DNA of 63,910 bases, counting the filler, from Collodictyon triciliatum (lineage: Eukaryota), in NCBI GenBank assembly GCA_043381765.1. It is 5 parts of 5 records of this genome, joined end to end, with 100 filler letters (N's around TTAATTAATTAA, not from the genome) between each part and the next. Parts side by side here need not be neighbours in the genome. Positions count along the whole stretch, not along the records: positions 1 to 17,315 come from JBHJMP010001465.1; positions 17,416 to 34,728 come from JBHJMP010001466.1; 3 more parts are not named here. One strand, given 5' to 3'. The first letter of the stretch is position 1; each line of letters opens with the position of its first letter. The notes beneath the pieces are model-generated. The model was not told the origin of the DNA. It worked only from the letters and a program-made list of their open reading frames with translations, and searched no databases. Position numbers and translations under genes: made by a program. Positions 12,385 to 25,900 of this stretch are shown piece by piece.

Positions 12385-14992
12385 ATGGGAAGTGTTCGCG
12401 CCGTCCTTCAAGTCTTTGAGCAATATCAAAAGTCTCGCGTCACTTTTGTGCAGACAGTGGCGGAACTGGCCACCAGACCACAAAACATCGAGGCCCTTCA
12501 GAACGCCGGAGTCATGTCTCTGCTCCGTCCCTTGCTCCTGGACAACGTTCCGTCCATCCAACAGAGTGCAGCCCTCGCTTTGGGCCGCCTCGCCAATTAC
12601 AACGAAGACCTTGCAGAGGCTGTAGTGTCTGGCGAGATTCTCCCGCAACTCGTCTATTCCTTATCGGAGCAAAATGTAGGATATTTATTACTTTGCCCCC
12701 TGGTGGATAGTAGCGTTTATTTTATCCCAAACAATTTTTTTTGTTGCACTTGATATCATTCTCTCCTATAGCTCTATGACGATATAAGGTACAATTATTA
12801 TAGCGTGGGGATGTTGTTAAGGGTCGCCAACAAAGAAAAATAATTTCACTATCTGTAGAGATTCTACAAAAAGGCTGCAGCATTTGTCCTGCGAGCTGTG
12901 GCCAAACACTCTCCACACTTGGCTCGGGCAGTGGTTGAGTCAGGTGCACTTGATGCCCTTGTCACATGCCTCGAGGAATTCGATCCTGGAGTGAAGGAGG
13001 CTGCTGCTTGGGCCCTGGGATACATAGCTCGGCACAACGGAGGTTAGTATCATTTACGTTCAGCACTCAGAGGCAGTCCATCATGCCACAGAAGAATGAA
13101 CCGATAAATTCGACCTCCATCTCTCTACACAGGAGTCATTTTCCGTGAGTCTTTTGTTTGTTTGTTCGATCAATGATAAATCATGGACATTTTATAGAGC
13201 TCGCTCAGGCGGTGGTAGATGCCGGGGCCGTTCCGCTCCTTGTTCTCTGTGTCCAAGAGCCAGAGCTTTCTCTCAAGCGTATTGCTGCCTCTTCCTTGAG
13301 TGATATATGCAAACACTCTCCCGAGGTATATGCCTTCTATATCTTCTTTTACCTCATTCGTGACACATTTTGATTTATTCATTCTAATGATTGCTTCTGC
13401 TCTCTATTAACATAAACCACAATATAGCTGGCTCAAGCAGTCGTAGATGCTGGTGCTATTGCATATCTCGCTCCTCTGATTCAAAATGTGGATGGAAAAC
13501 TCAAGCGCCAAGTTTGCTCCGCTTTAGCGCAGATAGCCAAACACTCTGTTGACTTGGCAGAGTTAGTCGTTGAGGGAGAGATTTTCCCCAAGGTGAGAAA
13601 TTATCTACACACCTCTTGACATTTCAAGGCAGGGTAACTAATAGAATCTATGACTATGAGCAGCCAGTTTTTATACATACAGATACATATATACTGTTTC
13701 ACCGTTAATATTAAGCAATCAAACCACAATTCTGCCCGATAAGGTACTCACTTGCCTCAAGGATGTCGATCTCTTTGTGCGAAAGAATGCTGCTACTCTT
13801 ATACGCGAAATAGCAAAACACACACCAGAGGTGAAAGCTGATTCTCAAAAAGAAAAGAAACGTATTTATTTATTCATTTATTTATGCATTTATTTATTAA
13901 ATTCTCGAATTTATTGTATAATGTTACGACCACTGCAGCTGGCTCAACTGATTGTAAATGCGGGAGGAGCTGCTGCTATGGTTGATTATGTGAACGAATC
14001 TAAAGGAAATGGGCGCTTGCCAGGAATTATGACTTTGGGGTATATTTCAGCCTTCTCAGAAACCCTTGCCTTGGCGGTAATCGTGTCCAAGGGAATTGCA
14101 CCTTTGGTAAATGCATTAACAACTGAATCTGAGGACCATATCAAGGCCGCATCGGCCTGGTCTCTTGGTCAAATTGGTCGCCACTCTCCTGACCATGCAA
14201 AAGCAATCGCAGATGCAAATGTGTTGCCAAAGTTGCTAAGGTATTCAATTCTGTATTATTTATCCCCTAATTGTACTTTTCATGGTTTCCATTTACCCCA
14301 TCATACTACTTGTAATGACTCTTAGTTATTTGGTTTTATTCTGCTTATCTTATTTGGTGTTTATTGTTTTGTATTATTTGCCTTATTCTTCAATATATAC
14401 AAATGGTTGCCTTCGTTTTCACTATTTTTTTCCACCAGTGTTTGCTGGACTTTAGTGAAATAAGTCAATAAGCAAATTAGTAATTACCACTTGATGACAT
14501 TATACTCACAAACACAGTGTTTATTTGAGCGAACAAAGCTCGCAAGACCTCAAGACAAAGAGCAAACGAGCCCTCAAATGTATCATCGAAAAGTGTGTAC
14601 ATCTACAGGCATTGGAGCCGCTCTTGCACGAAGCGCCCACAAACATTCTCAAGTACATCGTCCACCAGTTCGCCAAGGTTTTACCAAACGACGTGGCACA
14701 GAGGAGACTCTTTGTGAGGTTGGCCCCAAGAAATAGCACGTCCCCTACCATCACATCACCATACATGCATCCCTAAAAGTGTAATGGACACGATAGCGTG
14801 AACTTTTATCTGACTTGCCCTTACCCCATCAGCAATGGTGGACTGCAGAGGCTCCAGGAAATCGAGGCGGAGCCTGGTTCCGCACTGCGGGAATACATCG
14901 ACACCATCAACGCCTGCTATCCAGAGGAAATCGTGCGCTACTACTCACCCGGGTATGCGTCCCAGCTGCTGGACAAAATCACGGAGTACTGA
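12385..14992 (+). CDS. SPAG6: Sperm-associated antigen 6 / PF16, axonemal central-apparatus armadillo-repeat protein; spliced
   Basis: VLQVFEQYQKSRVTFVQTVAELATRPQNIEALQNAGVMSLLRPLLLDNVPSIQQSAALALGRLANY ... INACYPEEIVRYYSPGY; about 8 exons. Confidence 0.97.
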
Positions 14993-15649
14993 GGGCGAGG
15001 CGCTTTGTCACTCGGGCAAACCAAGCAAAGAGGATTCTACATACCCTGAAAGGCCTCGTCCACGAAAAAGTACATGCCCACCCACCTTGCTCCCGGCCGC
15101 ACATCCGCTCTGATGCTCTATTGGGCCTGTCTTTGATTAACGCCATTAAAGCCTTTATCTCAACTTCATATTCTCCCTGCGATGACCTCTGATTTCGCAG
15201 ACATCAACCTTACACATATCCGCTGCTCGCATCGCAAGCACCCATTCCCTGGTGGGCGTCGCCTGCTTGCAAAGTCAGTCCAGCACACACAGTTTCTGTT
15301 TGTTTGGTTCGCTTTTCTTTTCTGTTTTTTTGATGCTCTTCATCGTGTGGATTCGCTTCAGCGTTTGGGAGCTGCCCATGACGTAGACTCCTGACGGCTC
15401 CGCACAGACTAAGCATTCTGCGAGTGCGGCGTGTTTACTGCGTCATTGCGTCGCGCATTGTGGCTTGAACAGAAGTGGCAGAGCGAGCAAGAGAAGGAGA
15501 AGGAGAAGGACAGATTAGTTTGGCTTTGTTTTTGCCACAGGGCTTTGCGCGGTGTGCTGCCACAAAGGACGCGGGAACAACACGCGCCCGTCTAACCTTG
15601 CCGGCTGTTGCTGATTCATTCCAGAAGCGAAGCAACGGGCCGCCCAAGG

Positions 15650-17070
15650 ATGGAGTCTGTGATTGCGGCAACCGCGGTCGGGGCAGTCGGCTACGCTGCG
15701 CACCAAATCACACGCTCCCCTGCAACCACTGAGCTGACCGGCTTGGATGCAACTTGGCTCCTGATCGACAACGATCCGAGAAACAGGATCGTCGTCAACG
15801 CGGTCATGACCTTTGACACGGTTTCCCTTTTCTTCTTTCTCCTTTTCTCCTTTTCTCCTTTTCCCTTTTTCCCTTTTTCCCTTTTCTCTTTTTTTCTCTT
15901 TTTTTCCTCTTTTTTCCTCTTTTTTCCTCTTTTTTCCTCTTTTTTCCTCTCTTTTTCTCTTTTCTCTTTTCTCTTTTTTTCTCTCTTTTTCTCTCTTTTT
16001 CTCTTTTTTTCTCTTTTTTTCTCTTTTTTTCTCTTTTCATTTCGAACGACATCTTTGATTCTCTCTTGAGGCTGAAGATATGCATGGAGGCACATACAAG
16101 AACATATAAGCAAACATACAAGGCCAAAGACATGTCATGCTAGGAATTGACTTTGCTGCTGAAGCCCTGCATTTATCAAGCTACTTGAATCCCACCATCA
16201 CGCACAGGTCCTTACTGATGATCAGATTGAAAAGACACTGAGGGAGCGACTCCTGAAACATCCTCGCTTTCGTATGCGTGCTGTGGTGGGAGACTCAAAC
16301 GAGGTAGGGTATGAGATACCTGTTTTTTTGTAGACTATTTTTCATTTCGAAAGAAAGGGGGGAAAAAAAAAAGAAGCATTCAGTCGTTCGCTCATCGTAT
16401 AAAGCATATGGAGGAAGATTTATAAAAATATACAACTTTATGACCTTAAGAGGACTGCCATATATCAGACTCTACGGTTCTCTCTCCCCTTTTTCTTTGT
16501 ATAATTAATACTACCAAACTGATTATGCCACCAGCGTCCATCCCTCCTGGACACGCAAGAGTTTGGATTTTTTGTAAAGACAAAGTGGGAGCCTTGTGAA
16601 ATGAACTTGAAAAATCATTTGTTCCGTCTTCGTCTCCCTGGTAAAGTTCCAAAAGAGGCACTCCCCAAGGGATACGAAATCCCAAAGGCTGTTACGGATG
16701 ACAGGACATACGCTACAAAGCCCCAGAAAGTCTTTGGCAGATCTGACGCCGAAATAGAAAGCGACCATGTTAGTATCCTCTCTTTACAGATATCTGCGGA
16801 TTATCTGGCTGTCACTATTCTCAAAAATATGACGTTTCTTCCCATCTTCTCGTATTGATTTGTAGTCATCTAGAATTCATAGCAAGAGATTGATAATTTT
16901 TTCAATACACCGATTTTATTCGTAATATATTCAATTTTGATAGAAATTACTGGATTACATTTCCAAGGTTAGTGGCCTACCACTCCCGCTTGACATGCCG
17001 TTGTGGCAAATACATGTTTTAGACGACTATGGGTCTGGAACAGCGCTATTTTTCCGCATTCATCACTGCA
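15650..17070 (+). CDS. Wax ester synthase/diacylglycerol acyltransferase (WS/DGAT); spliced, 3' part lost at contig end
   Basis: LTGLDATWLLID, RERLLKHPRFR, PLPLDMPLWQIHVL, ALFFRIHHC (start of the HHxxxDG motif, interrupted by an intron and then the gap). Confidence 0.85.
15824..16038. repeat. Intronic C/T-rich low-complexity tract
   Basis: Nearly pure pyrimidine, TTTTTCTC-like units. Confidence 0.85.
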
Positions 17071-17190
17071 GTATGTAATAAAACACAAAAATTTTACATA
17101 CTCACGAAAAATAAGATTGTACTTTCACCCATGGCTTTTTCTCTCATATGTGAGTTAACAACATAATTTTCTAATAAGTAACAATTTTCC

Positions 17191-17310
<120 letters not shown>

Positions 17311-17315
17311 TTTTT

Positions 17316-17415
17316 NNNNNNNNNNNNNNNNNNNNNNNNNNNNNNNNNNNNNNNNNNNNTTAATTAATTAANNNNNNNNNNNNNNNNNNNNNNNNNNNNN
17401 NNNNNNNNNNNNNNN
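17316..17415. other. Artificial contig linker N-TTAATTAATTAA-N (100 nt), flanked by (TTTC)n and (TTTG)n
   Basis: Six-frame-stop palindrome embedded in Ns; same structure occurs four times in the window. Confidence 0.95.
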
Positions 17416-17720
17416 TTGTTTGTTTGTTTGTTTGTTTGTTTGTTTGTTTGTTTGTTTGTTTGTTTGTTTGTTTGTTTGTTTGTTTGTTTGTTTGTTTGTT
17501 TGTTTGTTTGTTTGTGTGTTCGTTTTTTGTTTGTTTTTGTTTTGTTTTTGTTTTTGTTGTTTTTTTGTGTTCGTTTTTTGTTTGTTTTTGTTTTTGATTT
17601 TTTTGTTTGTTTTTTTGTTGCTGTTTTTGTTTGTTTGTTTGCTTTAATCGGCTTGTGCACTCCGGTAGGCTAGAGCGCGCCGCAACCGTGTGAAATCAGC
17701 CCTGAGCCCAAGAGGCGCTG

Positions 17721-19325
17721 ATGAAGATCAACGAAAACTCGTGCCTGGTAAGAGGAGGCCGAGCGCATTAGCAAATGAGTCATCCCCTTCTTCCTTCTCT
17801 ACCGCACGCTTGGCTCTGCATCCTCCCAGCGTTGTCCTCTTCTTCCATTCTGCTTCAACTGATACCTTCTCAATAGATTGGAGCGCGAGTTGTACTTGTC
17901 CCGTACGAGGCGAAGCATGTGCCGAAGTACCACGACTGGATGGGAAACGAGCATATTCTTGGTTTGACTCACTACTTCAATCCTCTGTTGAAATCATCAT
18001 TATTCTCTCCGTTTATACGAATGAATCGCACATGCGTTTTTTACCTAGCGCCAATGGACGTGCAAACTGCTCCGCTAGAAAATAGCAAATATGATAAAAA
18101 TAAAAGAGATAGGAAGATGGGCTTTTTCTTAACCTCGAATATAGAGATGACAGCTTCAGAGAGGCTCACCCTCGAGCAGGAATACGACATGCAGAAATCA
18201 TGGAGAAATGACGAAAACAGTGAGCCATTTTCGTTCGTGATAAGCAATTCTGGTGTTTCACACCAATCAATGAAAAGTTAAGATACGAGTACTGACTACA
18301 ATTAATGAAGTATTTACCTTTGCTTTCGAGCTAGAGTGCACGTTCATTTTGATTGATCCGAATCACGAACCGAGTAAGTAGAATAAACATCACATTACGC
18401 CGTTTTATTCCATCACGACCCACTAATACCATAACTTGCGATGAAACGGTTAGTACATCCCAATTTTTTCGTTTTCAGTAAAAAAAATTTTTATTCATGT
18501 ACTGCCAGGAATAATGGTGGGAGACGTTAACATTTTCTTGATTGATGATGAAGATAGTACAATTGCCGAGATTGAAATTATGATAGCTGAAGAGTCGTGC
18601 CGAAGGAAAGGAATAGCCAATGAGAGCCTTCTGCATATGATGGCCTACGGTAAACTTGCATCGAAATATAACCTTGTCGGAAATAAAAAAAAATGAGCAT
18701 CGCTAATTCCCTAGTTTGTTGTCATTTCAACTTTATTATATCATCGTAGACTCTCATTTATGTATAAAAAAGTTTGAATCCACTGCCAATGTAATGCATA
18801 TTAACTAATCTCTTGTCCATCGTGACCCGAACGAAATCCATACATATACCAGCTTTTGAAAATATTGGAATTCGTACCTTTGTTGCGAAAATCAAAGAAA
18901 GCAACGCACCATCTCTGAAGCTTTTTGAGAAACTAGGATTCGTTGAAATAAGCCGAAGCTCCGTTTTTGAAGAGGTTTTAATAAATCATTTTATCGTCTT
19001 CTATTACCTCCACTATAATTTGATACTTTTCCCTTCTCTCCATTTTTCTTTTGTTGTGGTTTGTATGAATAATTCCAGTAATGACCAAGTTTAAGATATA
19101 GAAACGTGCCAATTGAGTCTATCTATTATATCCATCATTATTATTCATATTGTCGTTGTTGGTGCCATGTCACCACCCTTATTCTCTCTCCGAATAATCG
19201 AATAGAAAAATGAAAAACTGTAACAGGTTACCCTTGAAAGAAGGTTCGCAGAGGCAGAAAAGCCACCAAAATCATACACAGAGGATGTGTACAACACGAG
19301 CATCTTCGCGGCCATCGTATCGTAA
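17721..19325 (+). CDS. NAT9: N-acetyltransferase 9-like GNAT; spliced
   Basis: MKINENSCL|IGARVVLVPYEAKHVPKYHDWM, EMTASERLTLEQEYDMQKSWRNDENKCTFI, MVGDVNIF, AEIEIMIAE...RRKG, FEKLGF...SSVFEEVTL. Confidence 0.93.
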
Positions 19326-19528
19326 AATGTGCGTTGGGTTCTGTACTTCCTACTCTCTTATCCTCTTTCGGCATTTGAAGCTATCAACATAACCCCAATA
19401 TGAAAGGAAAAAGAAAAAGAAAACGCTCACCACATAACGGCTGACAACTTCGCTGTAGACCTGTGGTTGAGAATCCGTGCCTGTGCCACACAGCGCCATA
19501 TTTGCTTGTCAAATGTCGCCAAAATAAA

Positions 19529-19911
19529 NNNNNNNNNNNNNNNNNNNNNNNNNNNNNNNNNNNNNNNNNNNNNNNNNNNNNNNNNNNNNNNNNNNNNNNN
19601 NNNNNNNNNNNNNNNNNNNNNNNNNNNNNNNNNNNNNNNNNNNNNNNNNNNNNNNNNNNNNNNNNNNNNNNNNNNNNNNNNNNNNNNNNNNNNNNNNNNN
19701 NNNNNNNNNNNNNNNNNNNNNNNNNNNNNNNNNNNNNNNNNNNNNNNNNNNNNNNNNNNNNNNNNNNNNNNNNNNNNNNNNNNNNNNNNNNNNNNNNNNN
19801 NNNNNNNNNNNNNNNNNNNNNNNNNNNNNNNNNNNNNNNNNNNNNNNNNNNNNNNNNNNNNNNNNNNNNNNNNNNNNNNNNNNNNNNNNNNNNNNNNNNN
19901 NNNNNNNNNNN
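19529..19911. other. Scaffold gap (N run)
   Basis: N run without linker. Confidence 0.95.
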
Positions 19912-19995
19912 CATAGATATTAGTTGAGAGAAAAGCAGGCCCCTAAGCTTCTTTCTTTTTTTTTTTTTTTGCGCAGGCATAGTGTCGGTGAGAAT

Positions 19996-22900
19996 ATGAT
20001 CCAGAACCGATCCTCCAAACGGACTGCAGCGTCAGCGCTCTACTTTCTGATCATACGTGTGCTCTATTCGTGTGAGTGGACTTTGTTTTGCGCTGGTTTA
20101 TCACAACCTTATCTCTTTCTACTTGAACTGCACCTTTAATTGTCTTCAAGATTGAATCTCAGATGACACAGGACAACATTTATTCATAATACAATTATCA
20201 TAAAGCAACATATCATCCCTTAAAAAGAAAAAAAATACAAATTAGACATATTATGCCTGGAAGTTCAACTAGAACGGTCAGAACCGTGGAGGTTATTAAC
20301 AGATTACCCCCCTGGATTTACCACGCAGAATAGTGTGGTTGTAAATGAGACTGTGCTATTCTTCCCTGAAAGGTATCTTTCATTTTATGAAGCAATATAG
20401 ACCGCGTTATCAAATGGAAAACTTTGACAACAGTTTTCAAATATAATAAATCGATCATTGAGTAGGTCATCAGAATAATTATGCATTTCTTTTTCTTTTT
20501 CTTTTATACATTTGAACACTTTTATATGGGAATACTTTTGCAGTTTTGTGATTGATTGGGGCTCAGAACCGAGATTCATGGACCATTTCTATAGGCTGGA
20601 TAATATTTGTATGTAAATTTATACCTGACAAGGTTTCTTTGCGACTGCTTTACTTTTTTTGTGGCATCTCATTATCTGTAATTCAGTTATCCTTTTCCGA
20701 TGAATACAACCAATCAGTATATTTAAACGAATCAAAAACGTTATATCTAGCTTCTTTTAATTGGACACTTCATTGGACTCGCGGAGCCTCGCCGCTGACC
20801 AGAAATGATTACTGTATAGTATCCTTTCTCAACCAGGTTTTTTTTTTTTTGCATAGGAATCAATTACTAATCCCCAGCCTATAAAATGGTTGGTTGTTCC
20901 TGGGATGTACAATTTTTTTTATGCATGACTGTGTTTTAAAAATTAATGTTTTATTTACCTTTTTTTTTTCACATCGCTAGAACCAGGTAACACTATTTGG
21001 AGGGCTGACCGACAGCTTCATGAATGATTTAAATACGCTTGACCTACACAGTATGACCTGGACTCGACATAGTTCAATGAAAACTTCTCCAAGAGGGCGG
21101 AGATACCCGTATTGCTTTTCACATAGCAATAATACCATGATTGTGTATGGGGGTGTTGGTCCTTCATCTACCTTTCAAGACCTCTGGATTTTTGACTTTG
21201 GTAAACATAACTATTCATTCATTTCCGTCACACTTCAAAATCGAAATATCCAAATCCAAATAAAAAAGCACGTCGTGGTTTGTATAATTTATCATTTTCA
21301 CCAACAGATACATCATATTGGAGACAAATAAAAACAAGCAACTTAGGACCCAGAAGTTATGCAGGTGTCTCCGCACTATATAAGCATAGAATATACATAA
21401 TTGGGGGAGATTTGATAGAGACTGTGTCATACAACTCCATCGATATCCTTGATATAGGTAAGATTTTTTTAATCACTCGCCTTATTTTGGTGATAAGATG
21501 GAATTCTATAATTCAAAATTAACCTTTACTTCGCAGACTCTTTAACATGGACGAAAACTGAATTTCAATCAAGCTTTGACCCTATACCATCTTCATTGCA
21601 TCGAGCCTCAAGTACACTTATAAGCCACGTACTCTACGTCTTTTTCGGGTTGTCAGGACCGAGTGAGACAACTCCCCGCTCGAGCATATTTGAGATTAAT
21701 CTCGGTATGGAAAATAAAAAATATTAGTGCTCATAATTACAAATAACTTTTTTTATATTCCAAGAAAATTTATGATGGTTAATAAATTAGATACTTTAAA
21801 AGTCGAGTATTCCGATGCATATTCAAACCCGATATCGTTTCCCTGTCCCTTTGACTGTTCATTTCCCTTACCTCGGTATGGAGCCAGTGCGTCTTCGGTT
21901 GGCAACAAAATTATTATACATGGTGGCATGAACAGAGATGTTTTATATGCCACATGGATTTATGACTCAGGTGCCACATGATATGAGTCAATCACGATAT
22001 ACCAAAGGATAAAATTAATTGATATACCCTATTCTTTTTATGATATAAATATTTACGTGAATATTATATTTCAGCCAGTTGATTTTTTTTTGTATTTAAC
22101 ATGTAAGAATCGAGAGCTTGGAATGCCAACTCGAACGATTTTTACCCAGCCAATCGGTTCGAAACCACCATATCCAAGTATAGTGCCACTTCTGTCATCG
22201 TATTTGGTGGAAAGTATATGTCTAACGACAGAGCCATATATCTTAATGACTTGTGGGTATTCGACTTGAATGATGGTAAGTCTACTGACTTTGATGACAA
22301 AGGATACAGACAATTTGTCTGAATTCTTCTGTGAATGTATTGAAGACTATAATCCAAGGACACAAGAATGTGATTTATATTAAAGTACAGCTGGCGATGG
22401 ATAATTTCACCCAAATATAAAGGGAAAAAATGGACGCGTCTATCACAGCCAAGGCCCTATAATAGCTCCACTACTAAGATGCACCCTCCGGGTCTTATTT
22501 TCTGTGTCTGTATTGCAAATTGAATCAATAATCAAAATCAATCACAAGAGTATCATTATTCGCCCCAATATTTTGAGTAAAATTTTGAATATCTGTTGAA
22601 ATTCACAGTCTCTGGGTGCTCTTGATGGAACGGTTTACATTATTGGAGGGAAAAGCGACTCTGAAATTACACCTGCGTATGGGTATACTTTTGATATCGG
22701 TAAGTGGTTTTTTTTCCCAGCTATCTTATTGCTTTATTATTGTCTGGAATGCAAACATAGGCAAAATTTTCTTTATTCTCGTACATTAATTATTTAAATT
22801 GTATGAAGGGGGTCTGAAATGGAGTGTCTTTGAAACAGACGGATTCAATAATGGGATATTCTCGAGTTTTGGACAGGCATTCTTGAGTGTTGGCTCAAAG

Positions 22901-25900
22901 ATGATTTTGTGGGGCGGTGTTGATATCTCTGATGGTATTGCATACGAAAGAAACCAAATCACCATCGTCTCGCTTGTGGACAAAACAGTACAAGTCATCA
23001 AGTCACAAAGCAGTCCAAAGTCACGCTTTTTGGCCACAAGTTTTCTTCAGTCGGACGATACATTCTGNNNNNNNNNNNNNNNNNNNNNNNNNNNNNNNNN
23101 NNNNNNNNNNNNNNNNNNNNNNNNNNNNNNNNNNNNNNNNNNNNNNNNNNNNNNNNNNNNNNNNNNNNNNNNNNNNNNNNNNNNNNNNNNNNNNNNNNNN
23201 NNNNNNNNNNNNNNNNNNNNNNNNNNNNNNNNNNNNNNNNNNNNNNNNNNNNNNNNNNNNNNNNNNNNNNNNNNNNNNNNNNNNNNNNNNNNNNNNNNNN
23301 NNNNNNNNNNNNNNNNNNNNNNNNNNNNNNNNNNNNNNNNNNNNNNNNNNNNNNNNNNNNNNNNNNNNNNNNNNNNNNNNNNNNNNNNNNNNNNNNNNNN
23401 NNNNNNNNNNNNNNNNNNNNNNNNNNNNNNNNNNNNNNNNNNNNNNNNNNNNNNNNNNNNNNNNNNNNNNNNNNNNNNNNNNNNNNNNNNNNNNNNNNNN
23501 NNNNNNNNNNNNNNNNNNNNNNNNNNNNNNNNNNNNNNNNNNNNNNNNNNNNNNNNNNNNNNNNNNNNNNNNNNNNNNNNNNNNNNNNNNNNNNNNNNNN
23601 NNNNNNNNNNNNNNNNNNNNNNNNNNNNNNNNNNNNNNNNNNNNNNAAAAAAAAAAAGATAATTGAAAGAGTTATTAATTCGCCGGCCTCTCCTCTCTAG
23701 AGTCTGAGTCATGGGAGACAACAAACAATACTTTGGAGGAACCTGCACCTTTCCAACAATATGTCAGCGTCAGGATCGACCGCTTCATCGTCGTATTCTT
23801 CACCATATCTGATTTGGCACGAGACAATAGAGTATTTGGATATGAAATTGGTGAAAATTTTTAGCCCCTATTTTCATAAAATCTACAGTAAAATATCTTT
23901 CCTTCTTATTGTGTTTTAATTCCCTTTCCGTCTTTTTTTTTTTTTAATAAAAATTTATGCTATTCTCAGTGACATTTCGTATAGGGGCGACTTTTTGTTC
24001 TGGAATAGTGCGTATCGACAGCGGTGGCGCTTCTATGACGATAACTGACGGCAGTGGACCTTCACATTACATGCCTTTTTCTAACTGTACATGGATAGTA
24101 AAGGGACTCGACACAATTCAAGTTTGTATATAAATCGACGAGATTGTATTGATTCTGCTACGTGATGCTTGATTTATTTTGACCATTTAAGTCCGGCAAA
24201 TTCATAAACACAGGAATTTGAAACATTAATATCGGTTCTAAATTAGACTTTGCAAGATTTACTTTCAAATTGAAAAGACGATTCCTTTTAGGTCAAAGAA
24301 ATGTCTATGGAAAAGGATGCATCATTGGAATTAAACATAATTACAGAGTGCAATGATGGAAGTATATCTATTGGTGATTCAATTTCCAAGAAAAAAGTAC
24401 TACTCGCTTCCTTTCTCTAATGATGCATTCATATTCGAATTAAAATATCAGCTTCCCTCTGTGGTAATTATAGATATTATATTTATTTATTTTTACCTGT
24501 CTCATTCGTAACCTGTATGACCTAAACTATTAGATTGACATATCCAAACTATCGATCGGAACTATAATTAAATTATCGCATCACGAATTTGAGCTGTCGT
24601 TTAAATCAACAGGCTCAGAGAATACAATGAGTGGATTCAAACTAAATGCCTTAGGTTTGTTTCATAAATTGTCCCTCTGCATAAAAATAAAAAAAATGGC
24701 TAAATAATATAAACCTTCTGCAGACTGTCCAGTTGGATTTTACGTGAGGGATCTAGAGTGCGTGTGCCCGATGAATCACTACATCACACCTGGAGGGGAT
24801 TGCCGGTCTTGTGATGAAAATGCATATCAGGACAAGGAAAATATGGTTTTTTTTAAAAAAAAAATTTTTTTATTAATAATATGAGTCGAAGCCAAGACAT
24901 ATTATATAATACCTTTTTTTTAAAAAAAAAATGTACGCCCTCTTTGAAATCATATAGAAATCGTGCATTCTGAAAGGAAACCTAATCACACAAACGACAT
25001 CGCGCATCGGTTACTTTCTATACACCTACGCAATTTAAGTAAACTGTGCGACATCCTTTCTATCCTCACCTCATATGATGCCTTTGTTTTTGTTTTTTTA
25101 TTCAGTTAACGCGAATGGAGGCTCATTCTTATACTTGAATGAAACATTGCCGTCGTGCGATAACAGTGTTGCGGCCTCTTTCCAGGACCAAGCTTTTTTT
25201 GGGTGCATGTTTTCAGGCAGATTTTCGCACGAAAGCAAACTTATTCCAGTCGAGATTATTACCGTGGAAAGAATATGTATGTCTTTATTCAGTCCAATTA
25301 CTGTAAGCCAGTAATTGCTTTTTTATTAAATTTAATAATAATTTTTGTAAATTCAAATACGGTAGCGCTTTTTCTTTTTTGATTTGGAATCACATAGCAT
25401 GATTTGTTTCCACTCCTTTTATTTAAAAAACTATCTGTATTTTAAATTGCGTTTGACCATAAAAATAAAATAGTTCCGTTTCAATGGTCTTACGTAAATG
25501 CTATTGGAGATATTCCAAAAAGTCGCAAATGGCCATGTTTTGTATCTGCCTTGGACGGAATATTCCTGATAGGTGGAGAAGCAGTTATTTCTCAAGAAAG
25601 GGATGTTTATATATTCCAGCCCACTTTTAAAATCTGGAAGAAACTTGGAATGGCACCATTTAAACTTGTTGGGTGCGCCTGCATATCTACCGGGGGATTC
25701 ATTTATGTGCATGGCGGAGAAACTGTATGTTTTTGTAAAAGACTATCAAGTTTACGCTGAATCGTTTTCTATAATGTTGACACTAATTTCGGAGTATCGT
25801 AGGATTATGGAAAAGTCGTGAACACGATGTATGTGTACAATGCAGGTATTTGATTTCATTTTGATCGTTTTATAGTTTATCAAATTGAACAAGTACGATA

